NCBI GenBank assembly: GCA_049322675.1 | Contig: JBMORM010000009.1 | Location: 222,132 to 286,131, forward strand | Reading direction: 5' to 3' | Length of the DNA stretch: 64,000 nucleotides | From: Patescibacteria group bacterium | Lineage (GTDB): Bacteria > Patescibacteriota > JAHJAL01 | In this document: positions 41,601 to 50,600 of the stretch, piece by piece | Position numbering within the stretch: the first letter of the stretch is position 1 | How the letters are laid out: every line of letters starts with the position of its first letter | The notes under the pieces: generated by a model | Databases searched by the model: none | Told to the model about the DNA's origin: nothing | What the model saw: the letters and a program-made list of their open reading frames with translations, nothing else | Made by a program: the position numbers and the translations under genes

Positions 41601-44600
41601 GACGCAATATCTGGCTCGATGATTTTGAATCGATAAACAATTATTTGACTGATCCGACCGGGAGCGCTATTGCCTCCACCAGTAATCAATATTTACAGTA
41701 TCGCGCCATTTTAACATCCAATGACACCTTGCTTACTCCGTCTTTCAACGATATTAGTTTGGATTATTCACCTCAACAATCTTCGACTTTGAGCAGTGTG
41801 TCCTCATCGGCGGCTTATTTAAATAATTTAAATAAAAATAATTTCCCGATTACCTGTCAGGGAGTGACTGCCAGTGAACCGGACTTGACGATCACCTGTC
41901 AGGCATCTTTGAATCAGAGTAATTGGTACGATGTGACCAGTGCGAATAGCCCATTGTCCAATGCCGATCTAACGGGAAATGTGGATTTTGCCGGATGGAC
42001 CGGTTATCCGGAAGCGGACGGAGAATTGACTATTTACGCTAGAACTTCCGACGGCACTTATGCAAGTCAAATAGTAAATTTTGTCGTGAATAAAGATACC
42101 GTCGATCCAGCTATTAACACTATCAACAGTGTCGCCGGTTGGACTACCACGCCTTATTTTGACAATACCGATGATGGTAATACTGAGATCATTTTTGAGA
42201 CTAGCCCCGATACTCATAGTTGCCGCTGGGACGAAAATGATTTGAGTTTTACCGCTATGACCAATACTTGTACCGCGGTTGGGGATTGTCAAATCGATTT
42301 GACCGGTCAAGGAGCTAAAACGGTTTATATCAGCTGTGATGACACGGCCGGAAATATTTTGCACCCTTCACAAACTGTAAATTATACGATCGACAGCATT
42401 GCTCCGACTACCACTCCAACTTGTAGTCCAGCGGATAATACTTATTTCAAAGACAACTTGGCGGTGACTTGTGTCAGTGGTGAAGGTGGAGATTTGGTGC
42501 GATATACTAGCGACGGTACGGATCCGACCATTTCCTCCGATCAATGGTTTAACACCAATATCAACAACACTAGCGATCTCAAATTTATTTCCTGCGACTT
42601 GGCCGGCAACTGTCTGACGACTTTTAGTCAGTATCATTATATTTTGGATAATGTGGCGCCGCCGGCGCCGATCATAAATAATGAACCGCAATACACGGCG
42701 GGGACGACAAACGCAGTTAGTTCCAACACTGTTACCGATACAGGTGTTGGCGGGGTACAATATGAATTTTGCGCTGACAATACTCGATCAATGGATATAA
42801 ATTTGGCTTTAAATAAAACGGCAACAGCTTCGTGGACTTACACCACTCAAACCCCGGCACTCGCGGTCAATAATAACACTAATGATTTTTGGGGATCAGG
42901 TGGTTATCCGCCAGCTTGGATCAGGATCGATTTGGGCAGTAAACAAAATTTTAATCAATTGAAGCTCTTGCCACAAGGTTCGCCGACCGGTACGGTATAT
43001 TATCATATTCAGGGATCAGATGACGGCAACAATTTTACTACTATCATGGCCAACGCCTCAGCCAACACAGCCGGACCGACCTGGTCAACGCATAATTTTT
43101 CGATGCAGTCATATCGTTATGTCAGAATATATTGCAATGATTGGGCCAACTCATGGGTAGGCATTCGAGAAATTGAGATATACAATACCGCTGATCAGCC
43201 TACGGCAAGCTGCATATCGTCAGGCTGGAAAGATGTGTCAAATAATATTTTCGAAAATTTATTGGACAGTACCAAATACTATTATTTTGTTCGATCTAAA
43301 GACGCTTTAAACAATTTATCCGCTTGGAGCGCTTCGGTCAATTCGATTCAGGACAATGTCAAACCGGAAATTACGGGTATAAATTCTGTGGCGGGTGATA
43401 GTTTGGCGCCTTGGGCCGACAAGACTGATGATGGGGAAACGATTGTCAATTTTTCCAGTTCGGCGGATACGGCTGACTGTTTCTGGAATACCGATGACGT
43501 GGCTTACGAGGAGATGGCCAATTTGTGCGCTACTACTTCTGCTTGTACTTTGGACCAAGTCGGAGAAGGAAACCATACTGTCTTTATACGTTGCAGCGAT
43601 ATCGCCGGCAATACGATGGATAGTTCTTTGGTATTAAACTATGCCATTGATACTATTGCCCCGACCACGGCGCCAACGTGTATACCAGCCGACAATACAT
43701 ACTTTTACGATCAATTGGTTGCAGGATGCACGCCTGGTTTTGGCGGAACACTGGTTCGTTATACCAACAATGGAAATACACCGGGAGAGTTGTCCACGAT
43801 TTGGGAAAATGATCAAACGATCAATGCTACTACCACTTTTAAATTAATTTCGTGCGACGATGCCAACAATTGTTTTAATGAACATTCAACATACACATAC
43901 AATAAAGACACTTCTCCACCACCCACACCGGTAATGACGGCGGAACCACAATTGTCGCCCGGAACGACAAATACAGTCACCAGCAATACAGTTAACGACA
44001 CTGGTGTCGGTGGAGTCAATTATCAATTTTGTTTCAGTAATAGCGACTCGACAGAAAATTGTAATAGTTCGGCGTGGTTAACTACCAATTCATACACCTT
44101 TACCAATTTGGCTCATGAGGTAAAATATTATTATTTTGTCCGGAGTAAGGACGCTTTGAATAATACCAGTGTTTGGAGCGGCAGCACGTCGTCAACTCAG
44201 GACAATGTGGCTCCGGCGATTTTGTCGATTGAAAATATCGGTGGGGACGATACTTCACCGTATTTGGATAGTACGGACGATGGAGTAACGGTGGCCAATT
44301 TTATTTCCAGTCCGGATGCGGCTTCGTGTAGATGGGCAACCGTGGATGCAGATTATGATTTGATGGTTCACAATTGCAGCAGCACTGGTAGTTGCACTTT
44401 TAATCTCACCGGCCCTTCGACCAAAATGATATATTTGCGCTGCAAAGATACAGCGGGTAATAAAATGAATTATTCGACATTGATGATGTATGATGTCGAT
44501 ATTATCCCGACTATCAATAGTATTACTTACGTCGAGGATGACGCCAATGCGCCATATTTTGATTTGACAGACAATGGGGAAACGACGATTATCTTTGGCA

Positions 44601-47600
44601 CTTCCAACGATGCGACGGCTTGTCGATGGGATATAGCCGACAGAGAATATAGCCAGATGATCAATAATTGCAGCAGTACAGAAGAATGTACAGTTAATCT
44701 AACAGGACAAGGCGCTAAAACGGTTTATTTGCGTTGCGTTGATAACCAAAATCAATCGACAGTAAATGCTTTTGAAGTAAATTATACGATTGATTCGATC
44801 GCTCCGACGACGGCGCCAACTTGTACACCGGAATCACAAATGTTTGGCGGATCAATATCGGTAAATTGTCTTGCCGGAGAAGGAGGAAACATTATTCGAT
44901 ATTCCAACGATCCCAATGATTTGGTTGATTCATCCTCGAGTGCATGGTCCGATCGGGCCATTACGACAACCACCAATTTACAATTGATTAGTTGTGACGA
45001 GGCCAATAACTGTTTTCTGGAAGCTAGTCAGTACGATTACACCAAGGATGGCACTCCACCCCCTACTCCACTTATGATTACTGAACCAACTTATACGCGA
45101 GGGACTTCCAATACGATTCGTTCACAAACAGTAACCGATGGTGGCATTGGCGGCACGATTGAATATCAATTTGGCTGGAATTTGACCGGAACTGCCGGTA
45201 GCGGAATGACAGTTACAAGCGACTGGACAACAACCTCGGAAGCGATTTTCGGAAATTTGGCCGACAATACATATTATTATTTTGTTCGGGCTAGAGATGT
45301 TTTTGAAAATACAAGCGCGTGGAGTAGTCCGGTAGCTTCGATTCAAGATAATTTGGCGGCGACTTTGACGGAAATCAATTCGGTCGCTGGCGACACAACT
45401 CCCAATGAATGGGGAGACAACACAGATGATGCTTATACGGATGTTATTTACACAGCTGATCCCGATGTTTCTGACTGCAAATGGAGCGAAGAAGATCAAA
45501 CTTATGGAGCCATGCCCAATACCTGCAATAGCGTCAATCGCTGCATTTTGAACCTGACCGGCGAAGGCGAACATAATATATATTTGCGTTGTGCCGACAA
45601 AGCTGGAAATGCTGACGCGGTTTCTTATAATCTACAATATTTTATCGATACCGCGCCGCCGACTGCCAAACCGACATGCACGGCGACCGGAGTGATCGAC
45701 GGATATTTCGCAACAAGTGTAAATGTGACGTGCAGTCCGGGGACGGGAGGAGACGAAGTACGTTATACCACTGACAACACTATCCCCACCTGGCAATCAA
45801 CATTTTGGAATAATCGCAGTTTTAATCAAACAACTACTTTGAAGGCGATTAGTTGCGACTGGGCCAATAATTGTTTTGATGAAGTGGAAACCAACGTATA
45901 TACCCAAGATTTGGTAGCGCCGCCCTTGCCAGTCATGAACGCCGAACCGGCTTATACCGCCGGATTGACCAATCTGGTCAGTGGGACGACGGTAACAGAT
46001 GTTTTGCCGGGCGTTGGTTTGGTGACATATCAATTTAAAATGAAATATTATGATGGCAGCAGTTGGGCGGAATCAGCCACGGCTTGGCTGGACCAACCGG
46101 AATACAACTTTACTGGTTTAACCCATGGTCGCACATACTATTATGCCGTCCGGGCTCGAGATGGTTTAAATAATTTACCGCCGGACAACGCTTGGAGTAG
46201 CGAAGTTTCTTCTACGCAGGACAATAATTATCCGATGGTAACCGGAGTCAATTATGTAGTCGAAGATTACGATTTGCCTTATGTTGATGAGACGGATGAT
46301 AGCAACACTTATATCGAATACACTACTAGTGATTCACCAGTGACTTGCCGATGGAGTGATACCAATGAGAGTTATGGCGACATGGAAAATACTTGCGAGA
46401 ATACGAGCGGATGCACATTGACCTTGAATAATATTGGTGACAAAACAGTTTATATGCGTTGTACTGACGCAGCTAATAATCAGTCACCCACGTCATATCG
46501 TCTGGATTATCGCGTGGATCCCAATGGCGATGGCCGTCCGCCCCAAATTACCACTATCAATACCGTGGCCGGTGATAATACTAGTCCGTATTTTGATCAA
46601 ACAGACAATAGTCAAACTCTGGTGGAATATACCGCGACGACTGATGCCACCACTTGTCACTGGGGAACGGTCGAAGGAACATATAATGATTTGCCCAACA
46701 CTTGTACGAGTGTCAGTAATTGTAATTTGAATTTGGCTGGCAATGGTACCAAAACTATATATATGCGCTGTATCGATGGTGCCGGCAATAGACAGCGCAG
46801 TTCACGATTATTGGTTTATACTATTGATTCCTTACCGCCGACGGTCAATCTGGTGAGTGTGGCCGGCGACACGTTTGCTCCGTATTATGACACATCGGAT
46901 GACAATAACACGGTTATAAATATTAATAGTAATGATAATTTGACCGGAGTGCAAAACTGCCGCTGGGACGAAAATGACCAAAGTTATGGAGCGATGGCGA
47001 ATAATTGTGAAAATAATAATCAATGTAATTTTTCGACATACGAAGGAGAAAGTAATCACACGGGTTATATTCGTTGTACAGACAATATTGGTAATGCGAT
47101 GAGTAGTTCACAGACGGTTACTTTTGGTATTGACCAAACAGAACCGACGGTCAATAGTATCGTTGACGTGGCCGGAGATACCAGTACTCCGTATTATGAT
47201 CGAAGCAATAACACTGATACGGTGATTAATTTTAATTCATCAGACAATTTTTCCGGGGTGGCTGATTGCCGCTGGTCAACTACTGATATCGGTTATGACA
47301 ATATGTATTCGGGTGGCGAACCTGCTTATTATCGTAACTGCTCGACGAGCAGTTGCGCAGTGGGAAGTGATTACATTTACAATTCTTTCTGGGGTGAGGG
47401 CAATCATACAGTTTACTTGCGTTGTATTGATATTGCCGGCAATCGTACCTCAACCTCCTATCCAGTCAATTTGACAATCGATTCCATACCGCCAACCGTC
47501 AATTCAATAATTAGCGTAGAAAATGATCTGACAGCACCGTATTTTGATTATACTGACAATGCTTTGACAGAAATAAAATATAGCGCCAGCGATAATGCGC

Positions 47601-50600
47601 TGGGTATTGCCGGTTGTCGCTGGGATACAAATAATGTCAATTATGAAGTTATGGGACAAGACTGTGATATCAATGATGCTACTTGTGACATCAATGAGTC
47701 TGGTCAGGGTTGGCATAATGTTTTTCTCAAATGTATTGATCTGGCCGGAAATACCAATAGTTATAATACTTATGAATACAATGGCAATTTTGATGAAACA
47801 ATATTGGTTCCAGCCCTGCGAGCCAATTACTATATCGATACTTCAGCTTCCAATATCATAATTGATTCCGTAAATGGGCGGACCGATACTCAACATTATG
47901 ACGACAATACTGATGATGGGCAGACGGTGATCAATTTTCACAATGTTACCGCCTTGGACAGTAATACGGCAGCGGAAGATATTGCCGAATGTAAATGGGA
48001 TAGCGAGGACAAAACATATACAGAAATGACCCAGGTTTGTGCTTCGACTACTAGTTGCGTCAGTAATCTAACCGGGGAAGGAAACAAAACAATATTTATA
48101 CGCTGCAAGGATAATCAAGATAATATGACCGCCAGCAAACAAGTTGATTACAAAATTGACCTGACTCAACCACAGATAACCAATTTGATATCAGTAGCAG
48201 GTGATACGACAGTGCCATATTATGACACCAAACCGGATGACTTTTACTCTCAAGATTCTTGGCACAATCTATCAACAGCGATTTTTACAACTTCCGATAA
48301 TTTGGCCGGGGTCCAGACTTGTCGTTGGGATACAAGTGATAAAAATTATGACACGATGAGCAACGAATGTAATTCGGCCAGCAGTTGCGCAGTCAATATT
48401 GCCGATCAGGGCGTGCACAACGTATATGTCCGCTGCCGTGACTGGGCGGGGAATCCAATGAGTTCATCACTGAATTATGAATATACATACGATGTTCAGG
48501 GACCAACGATCAGTTTAAATGTCGTGGAAAATGATATGACTTTGCCATATTTTGACTATACCGACAACGGAAATACGGCGATTGATTTTGCAGTTGATGA
48601 TAATGTTTTGGGAGTAGCCGGTTGTAAATGGGATCACAACACAAGTAATTACAATTTGATGACTTACACTTGCGCCAATTTGGGATTGTGTATTTTTGAC
48701 ACAATGGGCGAAGAAGAACAGACGAATTATATTTCTTGTATCGACGAAGGTGGAAACGCTTCCAGTCAAACAGTAAATTATTGGATTGACACTCGCCCAC
48801 CGATAATTACCAGTATTACTTCGGTCGCTGGTGACACAACAGCCAATGATTACAATGACAATACTGACAATAGAGATACTTTGGTGATTTTTAATACCTT
48901 GGCTGAAGATACAGCTGAATGTAAATGGAGCCAAAATAATCTAGCCTACGATAGTATGAGTAATGTTTGCGAAGGAGCTGATCGCTGTCGTCTAAATTTG
49001 ACGGGCGACGGGGAAAAGACAGTTTATCTACGATGCAAAGATCAGCAAAATAAAAAAGCGATTGCGCCCTATGTTTTGTCTTACAATATTGATACCACAC
49101 CGCCAAACATAACTAGTATTACTCATGTGGCTTCGGATTATTCCGCTCCCTATTTTGATCCCAACATGGATTTTATAACTCCGATTAGTTTTTCATCTTA
49201 TGACAATGTTTCAGGAATCGAATCTTGCCAGTATCATATGGGTGATGCATTTTACAAATATAGTTGCGACAACAACAATCTGTGTACTGTCAGAGAATTT
49301 ACCGGTATTTCCAATCGTTATGGCAGTCATACGGCTTATATCAAATGCAAAGACTACGCTCAAAACGAGATGGTGGATTATTATCCGGTAAATTACACGA
49401 CAGATTATTACGGTCCGGATATCGACTTGATTAGTATCGCCGAGGACACTACAGCCCCATATTATGACACCTCCGATGATGGAAATACAGTGGTAAGGAT
49501 TGAAACCAGCGACTTGGCGGGGGCGACAGCTTGCCGGTGGGGTATCAATCCCGATCCAGTCCACTTGTTGGATTACAAGCCAAACTACAGTCAGTTGGAT
49601 AATATTTGCGAATCAACCGAACAATGCACTTTGTATTTGATGGGACAAGGAACGAAAACTATTTATATGCGGTGCATAGATAGCTTGGGTAATCAGACTA
49701 GTAGCAATGATAGTGAAAATCGGCCGTTTGTTTTTAATTACACCATTGATAGTTCAGCCGACGGGACTCCGCCGCGAATTAGCAAAATCAATTCAGTAGC
49801 CGGAGACACAACCGCAGTTTATTACGATAATTCCGACAATCAGGATACGGTGATCAGTTATCAAGTGGACGCTGATACCAATAACTGTAAATGGGATGTA
49901 GCAAATTTGAGTTATGACAATTTGGCCAATATTTGCGAAAGCACCAATACATGCAATTTGAATTTGGCGGGAGAAGGAGCGAAGAAAGTATATTTCAAAT
50001 GTATAGATAACGCCGGCAATAAAACTATTAATCCATATATTTTGCGTTACACGATCGACATCACCGCTCCCACTGTTTTAGATATAGTTACTATTGCCAG
50101 TGACCCCAATAATCCATATTTTGACAATACCGACGACGAACAAACTTTATTGCTTTACCACGCCAGTAGCGATACGGCGACCTGCAAATGGAGCACCAAC
50201 AACCAATCATATGCCGCCATGCCCAATACTTGCGCCTCAACCGAACAATGCAATTTTAACCTAAGTGGTTGGGGAGAAAAAAATGTCTTTATGCGCTGTA
50301 TAGACCATGCCGGCAATATTGGCTTATCTTCATACGCTATTAGTTATACTTTGGATGCCGGCGCCGATGGTACGCCGCCGATAATCCAATCCATTGATTC
50401 GGTTGCGGGTGATGAAACGCCAACTTATTATGACAGTAGCGACGATAGCAATACCGAGGTTTTATTTACTGCTTCACCCGACTCCACTCAATGTAAATGG
50501 AATACACTGGATGTCCCTTATGAACAAATGCAAAACTTCTGTGAATCAACCGGACAATGTATTCTCAATGTGAGCGGGCGCGGAGCAAAGACCGTGTTTA

